DNA from: Limisphaerales bacterium
Lineage (GTDB): Bacteria > Patescibacteriota > Microgenomatia > UBA1400 > PJMF01
NCBI GenBank assembly: GCA_044350895.1
Contig: JBILGT010000003.1
Span: 10,671 to 74,670 of the forward strand
Length of the DNA stretch: 64,000 nt
Reading direction: 5' to 3'
Each line of letters starts with the position of its first letter. The stretch's first letter is position 1. A program made the translations under genes and the position numbers. The notes beneath the pieces were generated by a model. That model was given only the letters and a program-made list of their open reading frames with translations. It made no database searches and was not told the origin of the DNA. This document shows, piece after piece, positions 55,713-64,000 of this stretch.

Positions 55713-56222
55713 GTGAGCGGTATGAACGAACCTAAAAAAACTTCCCCAACACCAAATGATGATCTACAACTAGATCCTGCAGTTGCGCAGCTGAGCGATA
55801 AAATTGCAGAACTTGAAGCGCAAATCGCCCAAGCCAAAGATAGTGCGTTACGTGCCCAAGCAGATTACCAAAACCTCCAACGTCGTTCTCGAGAAGAAAA
55901 AGCCCACGTGACTAAATTCGCTACCAAGGCATTGGTTGAAGACATGCTTGAGCCACTCGAACATTTGAGCATGACTGCGGAACAACTCAAAAATCCAATT
56001 CTGGATATGGTCTTACAAAAGTTATGGAGTGTTCTTGAAGACCATGGTTTGCAAGAGCTCAAAGTTTTGGGAAAGCCGTATGATGTACTAGAGATGGAAG
56101 TGGTTGATTTGGTGGATGGTGCAACGGAATCAGATGGTGTTGTGGTTAAAATTGTGAAGCGCGGCTACTCGATCAACGGTGCAATAATCCAGCACGCAAA
56201 AGTAGTAATTGGGAAAAAATAG
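55713..56222 (+). CDS. grpE: Nucleotide exchange factor GrpE
   Basis: 169 aa. Coiled-coil N-terminus, then ..RAQADYQNLQRRSREEK.. and a C-terminal beta domain. Confidence 0.85.
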   Translation: MSGMNEPKKTSPTPNDDLQLDPAVAQLSDKIAELEAQIAQAKDSALRAQADYQNLQRRSREEKAHVTKFATKALVEDMLEPLEHLSMTAEQLKNPILDMVLQKLWSVLEDHGLQELKVLGKPYDVLEMEVVDLVDGATESDGVVVKIVKRGYSINGAIIQHAKVVIGKK

Positions 56223-56243
56223 AGTTTTAGAAGGAAACTTTGT

Positions 56244-56909
56244 ATGCAACCTCCAGAAAATATTAAGTATCCAAGTGCCGAAGAAGAGAATATAGACTTT
56301 CAAAGACTCTTCGCAGATATGAGCCGAGATGAAATTAGAGTGTTGTACGCACTTCTGGTAGGCGACTCACACTCCGAAGATATTGACCATGTGTATGAAA
56401 TTTTGAATTATGAATCTGAGATTGAAGTTTTTTCAAGAGAACAAATTGAGGAAATTCTGAAAAAGCTTGCTTCATCAGCAATCGGAGTTATCTCTCTAAA
56501 TAATGGTCAGATATATCGTAACACCGCATTTTTTACATTTCTTGATGGAGTAGTCAGAGCTGGGAAAACGCCACAAACTATCCATGAGGACTTGAAATCA
56601 AGCCAGCAAGTATTTCCCTGGTTAGCTGAGAGATTTAGCGTCCACCAGCAACATGTTTTAGCTGCTGTGATGCTACTTTCATTAACCCAGATGGAAAAGC
56701 AACAAATACTAGACTATATAGCTAGCGCAAGTGAAGTCGCTCATGATGTTACACCATTTGCAATGACTATGGCAGAAGTTGATGTTGCTCTAGCAGAGCT
56801 TGCTGAACAAGGTGTGATTAGTGTTGATGGGTCAATAGTACAGCGGATAGATACTCAATTTTTCGAAGAACTCGAACGAGATGTTTTAGGTAATTTTAGT
56901 GATACATAG
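56244..56909 (+). CDS. Hypothetical protein inserted between grpE and dnaK
   Basis: 221 aa, acidic, no recognised motif. Confidence 0.5.
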   Translation: MQPPENIKYPSAEEENIDFQRLFADMSRDEIRVLYALLVGDSHSEDIDHVYEILNYESEIEVFSREQIEEILKKLASSAIGVISLNNGQIYRNTAFFTFLDGVVRAGKTPQTIHEDLKSSQQVFPWLAERFSVHQQHVLAAVMLLSLTQMEKQQILDYIASASEVAHDVTPFAMTMAEVDVALAELAEQGVISVDGSIVQRIDTQFFEELERDVLGNFSDT

Positions 56910-56997
56910 GTTGCTAGCAGTGTATTGACTTAACTGCTAAGTTTGTGTATATTTAGTTTTTAGAAATTTAAAACAATAGAGTAATAAAAGGAGCTAT

Positions 56998-58947
56998 ATG
57001 GCAGATGCACAAGCACAAGGAAAAATTATTGGTATCGATCTTGGTACCACCAACTCTGCAGTTGCAGTGATGGAAGGTGGCACACCAAAGATCATCCCAA
57101 CGAGTGAAGGAAGAAATACTTTCCCCTCAATTGTTGCCTTTAAAGGCAGTGAAATTATTGTTGGTGATCCTGCCAAACGTCAGATGGTTCTCAATCCAAA
57201 AAAGACTGTCAATTCAGTCAAACGGTTTATGGGTCGCAAATTTGCCGACACTGCAGTTAAAGAAGCTATCAAACACGTTGCATACACAATTACCACTGGT
57301 AAAGATGGTATGGCTGTCGTTGATATTGATAGTAAAAACTACTCACCACAAGAAATTTCCGCTCAAATTTTGGCAAAAGCGAAACGCGATGCTGAAAGTT
57401 ATTTAGGAACAACAGTAACCCGAGCAGTGATCACTGTACCTGCGTACTTTGATGACTCACAGCGTCAAGCCACCAAACAAGCTGGTGAGATTGCTGGTCT
57501 GACTGTTGAGCGCATCGTTAACGAGCCAACAGCCGCGGCACTCGCATATGGTCTCGATAAAAAAGGCAATCGCACCATTGCTGTCTACGACCTTGGTGGA
57601 GGAACTTTTGACATTTCAATTTTAGATATTGGCGATGGTGTCTTTGAAGTTAAAGCTACCAACGGTGATACATTCCTTGGTGGAGACGACTTTGATAACG
57701 TCATCATTGACTGGATTTTAGCTGAGTTCAAAAAGGAGACTGGCAAAGATCTCTCAAAAGATCCACAAGCTTTGCAACGTATTAAAGATGCCGCTGAAAA
57801 AGCAAAAATCGAGTTATCAAGTGCTCAAAATTCAGAAATCAATCAACCATTTATTACCCAAGGTGATGAAGGTCCTCTACACTTAACAATGAGTCTTACT
57901 CGTGCCAAACTTGAAGAGTTGGTAGATAGTCTTATCAGACGCTCATTTGAACCAGTCAAGAAAGCACTGGCAGATGCCAAGATTGAAGCCAAAGATGTTG
58001 CTGATGTCGTGATGGTGGGTGGTATGACTCGCATGCCAAAAGTTGTTGAAGAAGTTAAAAAATTCTTTGGCAAACAACCTCATCAAGGTGTTAACCCAGA
58101 TGAAGTTGTCGCTATTGGAGCAGCTGTGCAAGCTGGCGTGATCGGTGGAGATGTCAAAGATGTTGTGTTGCTCGACGTAACACCACTGACACTCGGTCTT
58201 GAAACACTGGGTGGTGTCAGAACCGCTTTGATTGAGCGCAACACGACAATCCCAACCAGTAAGTCACAAGTCTTTTCAACCGCAGCCGACAACCAGACTC
58301 AGGTGGAAATTAATGTTCTGCAAGGTGAGCGTGAAATGGCCGCAGACAACCGCTCACTGGGACGATTTGTACTTGATGGAATCCCACCTGCACAACGTGG
58401 TATGCCACAAGTTGAAGTGACTTTTGATATTGACTCAAATGGTATCTTGCACGTTACTGCCAAAGAGAAAAACACTGGTAAGGAACAGAAGATCACTATT
58501 CAGAATTCTACCAATCTCTCTGAAGAGGAAGTAGAAAAAATGAAGGCTGATGCTGAAAAACATGCAGATGAAGACAAGCGCAAAAAAGAGCTAATCGAAG
58601 CGCGCAATCATGCTAACAGTGTTTCATTTGAGATTGAAAAACAACTCAAAGACTACGGTGACAAGCTCGATCCAAAAGACAAAGAAGAGATTGAAACCAA
58701 TGTCAAAAAGCTTAAAGAACTGGCAGCACAAGACAGTGCCACCAAAGAAGATTTAGACAAAGCTACTGAAGAGATGTTTAAGTCTGCCCAAAAAATTGGT
58801 GAAGCAATGCAAAAAGCTGGAGCCACACCTGGTGGTCAACCTGGCGCTGATGCAGCTGGAGAAGCAGAAACCGCAAATGATGACAAAAAGAAGTCCGAAG
58901 ACAAAGAAAAAGGTTCTGCTGAAGAAGGCGAAGTCGTTAAAGAGTAA
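56998..58947 (+). CDS. dnaK: Chaperone DnaK (Hsp70)
   Basis: 649 aa. [25 protein letters not shown], and a C-terminal EEVD-like acidic tail. Confidence 0.97.
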   Translation: MADAQAQGKIIGIDLGTTNSAVAVMEGGTPKIIPTSEGRNTFPSIVAFKGSEIIVGDPAKRQMVLNPKKTVNSVKRFMGRKFADTAVKEAIKHVAYTITTGKDGMAVVDIDSKNYSPQEISAQILAKAKRDAESYLGTTVTRAVITVPAYFDDSQRQATKQAGEIAGLTVERIVNEPTAAALAYGLDKKGNRTIAVYDLGGGTFDISILDIGDGVFEVKATNGDTFLGGDDFDNVIIDWILAEFKKETGKDLSKDPQALQRIKDAAEKAKIELSSAQNSEINQPFITQGDEGPLHLTMSLTRAKLEELVDSLIRRSFEPVKKALADAKIEAKDVADVVMVGGMTRMPKVVEEVKKFFGKQPHQGVNPDEVVAIGAAVQAGVIGGDVKDVVLLDVTPLTLGLETLGGVRTALIERNTTIPTSKSQVFSTAADNQTQVEINVLQGEREMAADNRSLGRFVLDGIPPAQRGMPQVEVTFDIDSNGILHVTAKEKNTGKEQKITIQNSTNLSEEEVEKMKADAEKHADEDKRKKELIEARNHANSVSFEIEKQLKDYGDKLDPKDKEEIETNVKKLKELAAQDSATKEDLDKATEEMFKSAQKIGEAMQKAGATPGGQPGADAAGEAETANDDKKKSEDKEKGSAEEGEVVKE

Positions 58948-58970
58948 CCAGCAATTATTTGTTAGAAACT

Positions 58971-59001
58971 AAAAAAGCCTCGCATAACTGCGAGGCTTTT
59001 T
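58971..59001. terminator. Bidirectional rho-independent terminator between dnaK and the convergent membrane-protein gene
   Basis: AAAAAA-GCCTCGCA-TAAC-TGCGAGGC-TTTTT: a perfect 8-bp stem flanked by an A-tract and a T-tract. Confidence 0.85.
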
Positions 59002-59015
59002 GATTGTTCAAAATA

Positions 59016-61973
59016 CTACTGCGGTAGCGTTTTTTTCTTTCTCAGTTTTTTATAGACAATAAAGCCACCAGCTCCAACAATGAGTAGTATCAGTACCAAA
59101 GTATTTGTAGCAGAAGGGTTACCCGTTGAACCTGGAATACTTTCAAGGCTTCCAAGTTCGTTTGATGCTGCAGAGAATGGAGCAGCCCCCATGCTATTTA
59201 GAGAACTGCGTGAATCAAGTGCAGCTCCAAAACCACCTCCAGAAGCCCAGCCAATACCTGGATTAATACCTCCAGTCATTGGTTGTCCTCTAAATTCAGT
59301 GTTCCAGTCAGCATAGCGGTCATCAGCTTGGCTATTTTGTTCAAGCCTATCTACTTGTGTTTCATTGACCAGTGCCACCATAGAAGTGAGTGGAGTTACA
59401 ACATGGAGGTTCTGAGCGCGTTTGGTCAGGCCATCCAGAATTTGTAATGTTTCATCAGTTGGGCTTCTCAGATTTACACCTCGAGCAGTTGTAGTCATTT
59501 GTTTAAAGAGATCACTATATTCACGGTATAGCTCAGGAAAATCACTTGCAATAGTAGAGCTGGTATAACTATTGGTGTTGGGGAGTAGTTCACCAAGTTT
59601 AGTTCCGCTCGTGGTAATCGGTACAACTTGCCAGTAAGGATTAATAGCTATTTCGTGTTCAGGTGAATTTTCCAGTGCCGCAAATCGAACCCAGGCTTCA
59701 GCAAGTGAGCGATTGGCAGAAACTTCTCTGCCAAATAATGCATCTGCTACGACTGGATTCCAGTTTGGAGCTTCAAGATAATCGGGATAAATTAAGTACA
59801 ATGGTGGTGCGTTAGTGTCCGTGTTGATGTTTTGAGGTGGTGTATTGGAAGAGAACTCATTACTTGAGATATAAAATACTGCATCAGCATCTTGGGGCAC
59901 GTTGGCAAGTATTGTGTCAAAGTTGCCTGATCCAAACCACACGATATCTTGTAAAACTCGTGCATAATTTTCCGTAGTCAACTGAATTGGTTCCGCAGTA
60001 AGCGTATTGGCTTGTTCCAAAAATACTGTATTACTGCCCAAAATCTGTGGGTTCTCTTGCAAGAACATCGAAAGTCTAGTGGCAGCATCTGATTTCTGGT
60101 TTTGGACGGAAACATCAAGTAGAAAAGTGATTTTTTTACCCACAATATCTGTTAGTGGGGTTGTTTTACCGGGTTGAGTACAGTAGAAGGTACTTGCTGC
60201 TACGCTACTAATAATAAAAGATTGCTGCGAGCTACCTACTGAACCATTCTGAGCATCACAGAAAGGTACATTTGATGCCATAAAATTATTGTCAGGTTGT
60301 GCGGCATTTCCGTCCAGAATAGTTGTCTGAGTAAAAGTAGCTGATTCTTTAAAGCCAGTTCTTTGCACATAGGTGGGTAATCCAAAGCCATCTGGTGTGA
60401 GCGTTGTGATGTAGCTATACTGCACTTTTTGCTGCCCATTACTTGGAACAGGAAATACATTCAATCTATATTGGTCGGGTCCAATTTCTTGTAGTAGTGC
60501 TGGATCTCTGCGGCGCCGTACTTCTGCTTCATAGGTTTTTTTTGCAGCACCTCTTGGAGCTACTAATCCTGGGAATTCTAAGTTCATTCCCAACTTTAGA
60601 TCAGCCACAACCGAGCCCGTAGGTAGCAAAAATTCTGTGGTTGTTTCTCGATCGGTAAAGTCCAAGTTCATGAAGGTGTCAGTGACTGTAACCAGTGCGA
60701 GTTTACCTTCCTGTTGAGTTGTAATGGAGATAGCTCGGTCTAGTAGAGTAACTTGTGTAGAACGTGTTTGCCAATCTTCTTGAATTGTAACTGGTTCACC
60801 TGAGTAGACGTCATAGTTGAAAATTTCGCGAACAGTAGCCGAGAGAGAACCATAATCTGAATTAAAACTATATTTGTAAATGTATGGAGATGCTATCCAT
60901 CTGAATGAAGTATCGATGATTGTAGCTATTACTTTTGGGATAATAAAAGAACTGTAAACACTTTCACTCAGTGAATAATCAGAATCAAAGAAGTATCGAT
61001 TGTCAGCTGTACTAAGATATTCTGCCTCAGTCAGAGCGGCGGAACGATTCTGTTGTAATTCGCGGGCAAGCAATTGCTTTTCTTCAAAAGTGTGTGATTG
61101 AGCATACTGTTGGAGTTTTTCCAAATATCTTCTAGATGGTTGGATAGTTCCAACAATTCCAATTATGAGCAATAGTATAAATGTGGCAATAGAAATATAC
61201 TGAGTTTTCTTCATTCCAAACTGGGTAGTGAGTAGTGTAAAGAAATTTTTCCAACGAATTGTATTCCAGCTAACTAAAATATAAGGAACTACGGTAGTCA
61301 GCAATAAAATGATGATGGAGTAGAAACAGAGCACTAAAAGATACATGACACCATTACCTGTTCTCCCAGAAAATATCATAACTATTGATTCAATAAATGA
61401 ACTAATAAATGAAGCAAACATTGGAAACACAAAAAAGCTATAGAGGAGTGCAAAGTACATAATAAGTGAAGTCACTAGGCTTTGGAGAACAAAAATAATT
61501 GGAGTAAGCACTGGAATGTAACGCTTGGGATGGAGCGAAAGCAAATAGGTGATGATAGGACTGATGCTGATGATCAATACTGTCAAAATATACGGTGAAT
61601 CAGAATCAGAGTAACCTGCAATATACGGAAATATAAGATTTAGTACTACTGCTACAAATGGTATTTCGAAGGCAAAAAAATACTGAGCCAAGTTTTTTGT
61701 TGTCCTCAGTTTTTTGATAAAAAGTGGCAATACTAAAGAGATAAAAGGCAGTAACAAAATAATAGGCAATATAATTTTCGCTTCGGCTGGTCCATTTTCT
61801 AGTTCCCGTTGAAACTGGGTAAAAGTCGTGTCGCCAAAGTACTCAATTGCCCAGTAAATTACTAGATAAATCACGTACCCATTTGCAAGAATATAAAGTA
61901 GTTTAAAAAGAATAGACCCAATGAAGTCTCGGACGTGTGTTAACGATGTCATGGAAAATTCCAGTACTGACAT
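59016..61973 (-). CDS. Large membrane protein: N-terminal polytopic domain (~270 aa), large extracytoplasmic region, C-terminal TM + basic tail
   Basis: 985 aa. The C-terminus ...GSTGNPSATNTLVLILLIVGAGGFIVYKKLRKKKTLPQ resembles a sorting/anchor signal: a TM helix plus a positively charged tail with no LPxTG. No catalytic motif recognised. Confidence 0.6.
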   Translation of the reverse strand: MSVLEFSMTSLTHVRDFIGSILFKLLYILANGYVIYLVIYWAIEYFGDTTFTQFQRELENGPAEAKIILPIILLLPFISLVLPLFIKKLRTTKNLAQYFFAFEIPFVAVVLNLIFPYIAGYSDSDSPYILTVLIISISPIITYLLSLHPKRYIPVLTPIIFVLQSLVTSLIMYFALLYSFFVFPMFASFISSFIESIVMIFSGRTGNGVMYLLVLCFYSIIILLLTTVVPYILVSWNTIRWKNFFTLLTTQFGMKKTQYISIATFILLLIIGIVGTIQPSRRYLEKLQQYAQSHTFEEKQLLARELQQNRSAALTEAEYLSTADNRYFFDSDYSLSESVYSSFIIPKVIATIIDTSFRWIASPYIYKYSFNSDYGSLSATVREIFNYDVYSGEPVTIQEDWQTRSTQVTLLDRAISITTQQEGKLALVTVTDTFMNLDFTDRETTTEFLLPTGSVVADLKLGMNLEFPGLVAPRGAAKKTYEAEVRRRRDPALLQEIGPDQYRLNVFPVPSNGQQKVQYSYITTLTPDGFGLPTYVQRTGFKESATFTQTTILDGNAAQPDNNFMASNVPFCDAQNGSVGSSQQSFIISSVAASTFYCTQPGKTTPLTDIVGKKITFLLDVSVQNQKSDAATRLSMFLQENPQILGSNTVFLEQANTLTAEPIQLTTENYARVLQDIVWFGSGNFDTILANVPQDADAVFYISSNEFSSNTPPQNINTDTNAPPLYLIYPDYLEAPNWNPVVADALFGREVSANRSLAEAWVRFAALENSPEHEIAINPYWQVVPITTSGTKLGELLPNTNSYTSSTIASDFPELYREYSDLFKQMTTTARGVNLRSPTDETLQILDGLTKRAQNLHVVTPLTSMVALVNETQVDRLEQNSQADDRYADWNTEFRGQPMTGGINPGIGWASGGGFGAALDSRSSLNSMGAAPFSAASNELGSLESIPGSTGNPSATNTLVLILLIVGAGGFIVYKKLRKKKTLPQ

Positions 61974-62031
61974 TGTACCAGAACTGAACCACCTATAGTA
62001 TCTATCAAAAAAATTGTTATGATGTATTGCA

Positions 62032-62715
62032 ATGTCAAAAGTTACTCTCTCTGTCGTTATTCCTGTCTACAATGAAGCTAAAACCATTGGCCAAGTTTTG
62101 CAAAAACTTTCCAAAGAAAGTGTTGTTTCAGAAATAGTAATTGTTGACGATGGTTCCCAGGATGGAACTGCAAGTATCGTCAAAAAATCAAAGGATAAAA
62201 AAATTAAATATTTCTATAAAGATAACGGCGGCAAGGGCAGTGCGGTGCGGTTTGGTCTAGCGAAAGTAACAGGTGAATATGTGCTGATTCAAGATGCTGA
62301 TCTTGAATATGATCCAGAAGATATTGGTGGGCTCATCGATCCTATTCAAAAGCAAAAAGCTACAGTGGTGTATGGTTCTCGCTTTTTAGGACCACATTTA
62401 AACTTGCTGTTTTGGCATCTTGTTGGCAACCACTTCTTAAATTTTGCCATCAACATTTTATACAACACAACCCTTTCTGACATGGAAACTTGTTACAAAG
62501 TTATCCCTACAAAAGTTTTCAGAGAACTGAAACTGGAGTCAAATAATTTTGATATTGAACCTGAAATTACCTGCAAGCTTTTGAAGCGAGGCATTAAGAT
62601 TTATGAAGTGCCGATCAGTTATGTGGGAAGAGATTTTAGTGAAGGCAAAAAAATTACTTGGCGTGATGGCTTTTCCGCATTACATACCATACTGAAACTA
62701 CGTTTCTTTGCGTAA
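62032..62715 (+). CDS. Glycosyltransferase family 2 (polyprenol-phosphate sugar transferase, DPM1/GtrB-like)
   Basis: 227 aa. LSVVIPVYNEAKTI, IVDDGSQDGT, LIQDADLEYDP (DxD). Confidence 0.85.
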   Translation: MSKVTLSVVIPVYNEAKTIGQVLQKLSKESVVSEIVIVDDGSQDGTASIVKKSKDKKIKYFYKDNGGKGSAVRFGLAKVTGEYVLIQDADLEYDPEDIGGLIDPIQKQKATVVYGSRFLGPHLNLLFWHLVGNHFLNFAINILYNTTLSDMETCYKVIPTKVFRELKLESNNFDIEPEITCKLLKRGIKIYEVPISYVGRDFSEGKKITWRDGFSALHTILKLRFFA

Positions 62716-62721
62716 TGATAT

Positions 62722-64000
62722 ATGTCTATAAGCTGGAAAAAATTGAGTACATTCCCTGATAAACATCCTGTTGCCTGGGCTTTGATACTATTTGTGCTGC
62801 TAGCAGCAGTTCGCTTCTTTCCATTTTTCTTAGGAAAAACGCTCTATTTTGGTGATAACTATTCACTGATGGTGCCGGGAAAAATTTTTACCGCACAGTG
62901 GTTACAGCAGGGCGTTTTGCCCTTTTGGAATCCGTACATTTTTGCTGGTGTAAATTGGATTGGTGATGTCAACCAATCTGCACTGTACTTCACCACTTTA
63001 TTTTTTATCTGGTTTCCACCAGCCACTGCACTCAACATTTCTATCTTTTTGCATACAGTCCTCACCGGGCTTGGAATGTATCTTTTCTCAAAAAAATTAT
63101 TTAAAACAGAGTGGCAAGCAATTCTCTCTGGAATCCTCTGGATGTTTTCCACCCATGTATCAGGAAGCAGCAATAATTTGAGCACTATCCAGTCTATTGC
63201 TTGGATACCTTGGTTGTTGTGGGCAAGTGTGTTTGTAACAAAAAAATCGGGAGCACGGATTGGATTTGCGCTACTCGTACTGGGACAGTTTTTGGCAGGA
63301 TATCCACAGCATGTGGTCTACAGCATTCTTATGGCAGTTATTGTGTCCTGGTGGTATGAGCGATCATCACTACAATTTTTTAAATGGCTGAGAGCTTGGG
63401 CTATAACAGGCATACTGACGATACTCATAAGCGCAATTGTGTGGTTACCATTTGCTGAAAGTTTACTGCTTTCAACACGAGTAAACCAGTCAAGTGGGCA
63501 AGCCCAAGTTGGCTCACTTGATCCTGCAATGTTGCCAAAAATGATTTTGACGTATATTTTTGATCATCCGAGCCGTGGTGTTAAGTGGGGACCAGCCTGG
63601 AGTGGGCAACCCAATGTGGTTTTTTATGTGGGGTGGATTTCGCTGATGGCGGTTGGTTACTCACTGAAAAACTGGAAAAAATCGAGAACATCACTTGCTA
63701 TCTTTTCTGCACTTGTTGTGGGACTGACACTCTTCTTTTCGTTTGGAAAGTTTTTACCATTTTATGAACAGATACAAGCACTCATTCCATTCTTGAGAGT
63801 GGGACGGTATCCCAGTATGGTATTGATGTTCACCAATTTATTTTTGATCATCTGGGCAGTTGAAGCACTTAAAAATCTTAAATTTGAGAAAACATTTCTA
63901 TATACTGTGTTTGGTTTTTTGAGCTTGTTAGTTTTGGGATCGGGTGGGGTACTGTATGCGATAACCTACCATGCTGATCAGGTCTGGCAACTGCTCAATG
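62722..64000 (+). CDS. Polytopic membrane protein, YfhO/GT-C-like; partial (continues beyond window end)
   Basis: My own translation from the ATG at 62722 (MSISWKKLSTFPDKHPVAWALILFVLLAAVRFF...) is open to position 64000 with no stop, so it is absent from the ORF track. It has ~10 hydrophobic helices and sits directly downstream of the GT2 gene. Confidence 0.55.
   Translation, partial: MSISWKKLSTFPDKHPVAWALILFVLLAAVRFFPFFLGKTLYFGDNYSLMVPGKIFTAQWLQQGVLPFWNPYIFAGVNWIGDVNQSALYFTTLFFIWFPPATALNISIFLHTVLTGLGMYLFSKKLFKTEWQAILSGILWMFSTHVSGSSNNLSTIQSIAWIPWLLWASVFVTKKSGARIGFALLVLGQFLAGYPQHVVYSILMAVIVSWWYERSSLQFFKWLRAWAITGILTILISAIVWLPFAESLLLSTRVNQSSGQAQVGSLDPAMLPKMILTYIFDHPSRGVKWGPAWSGQPNVVFYVGWISLMAVGYSLKNWKKSRTSLAIFSALVVGLTLFFSFGKFLPFYEQIQALIPFLRVGRYPSMVLMFTNLFLIIWAVEALKNLKFEKTFLYTVFGFLSLLVLGSGGVLYAITYHADQVWQLLN

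Noticed and set aside
1-64000. CRISPR arrays, rRNA, tmRNA, RNase P RNA
   Set aside because: I saw no short direct-repeat/spacer arrays. No intergenic region is long enough or has the conserved boxes of these RNAs.

Overview
This 64 kb chromosomal segment looks like a small-genome, Patescibacteria/CPR-like bacterium. That assignment is inferred from gene content only: a TsaC-TsaE fusion, a giant LamG-repeat surface protein, compact overlapping genes and many large unannotatable proteins. All annotation rests on my own reading of the supplied translations and motifs; no database search was run.

Content in order:
- Cell-wall genes: a GH18-like hydrolase (open at the window start) and a class A PBP.
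- A small HEPN-like ORF.
- A 2387-aa secreted giant protein, on the minus strand, with about 11 tandem 6-Cys repeats, a Ser/Thr-rich spacer and 6 LamG-type lectin domains.
- An F1Fo ATP synthase cluster atpF-atpH-atpA-atpG-atpD. It lacks the a and c subunit genes, and atpC lies inverted at its 3' end.
- An AT-rich island carrying a DUF3467-like gene, an unknown small gene, a RelE/ParE-family toxin and an IS1595-family transposase.
- nrdR with candidate NrdR boxes, followed by a monomeric B12-dependent class II ribonucleotide reductase.
- Two clusters of large proteins with no recognisable domains, one ending in a PP2C phosphatase domain.
- tsaD and a tsaC-tsaE fusion; yidC; an SPFH protein; groES-groEL; pgeF.
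- Two divergent tRNA-CAT genes (elongator Met and a compact initiator-like one).
- NUDIX, tadA-like deaminase, RecD-like helicase, and cell-envelope glycosylation genes (polytopic membrane proteins, a methyltransferase, GT4, GT2, a GH clan A hydrolase, and a YfhO-like protein open at the window end).
- A Xer-type recombinase; trpS preceded by a tandem-Trp-codon leader peptide plus terminator (a candidate attenuator); a CsaA-like tRNA-binding protein; ftsH; a standalone 5'-3' exonuclease.
- hrcA (with a degenerate CIRCE-like operator)-grpE-unknown-dnaK.

No CRISPR array or rRNA gene was seen.
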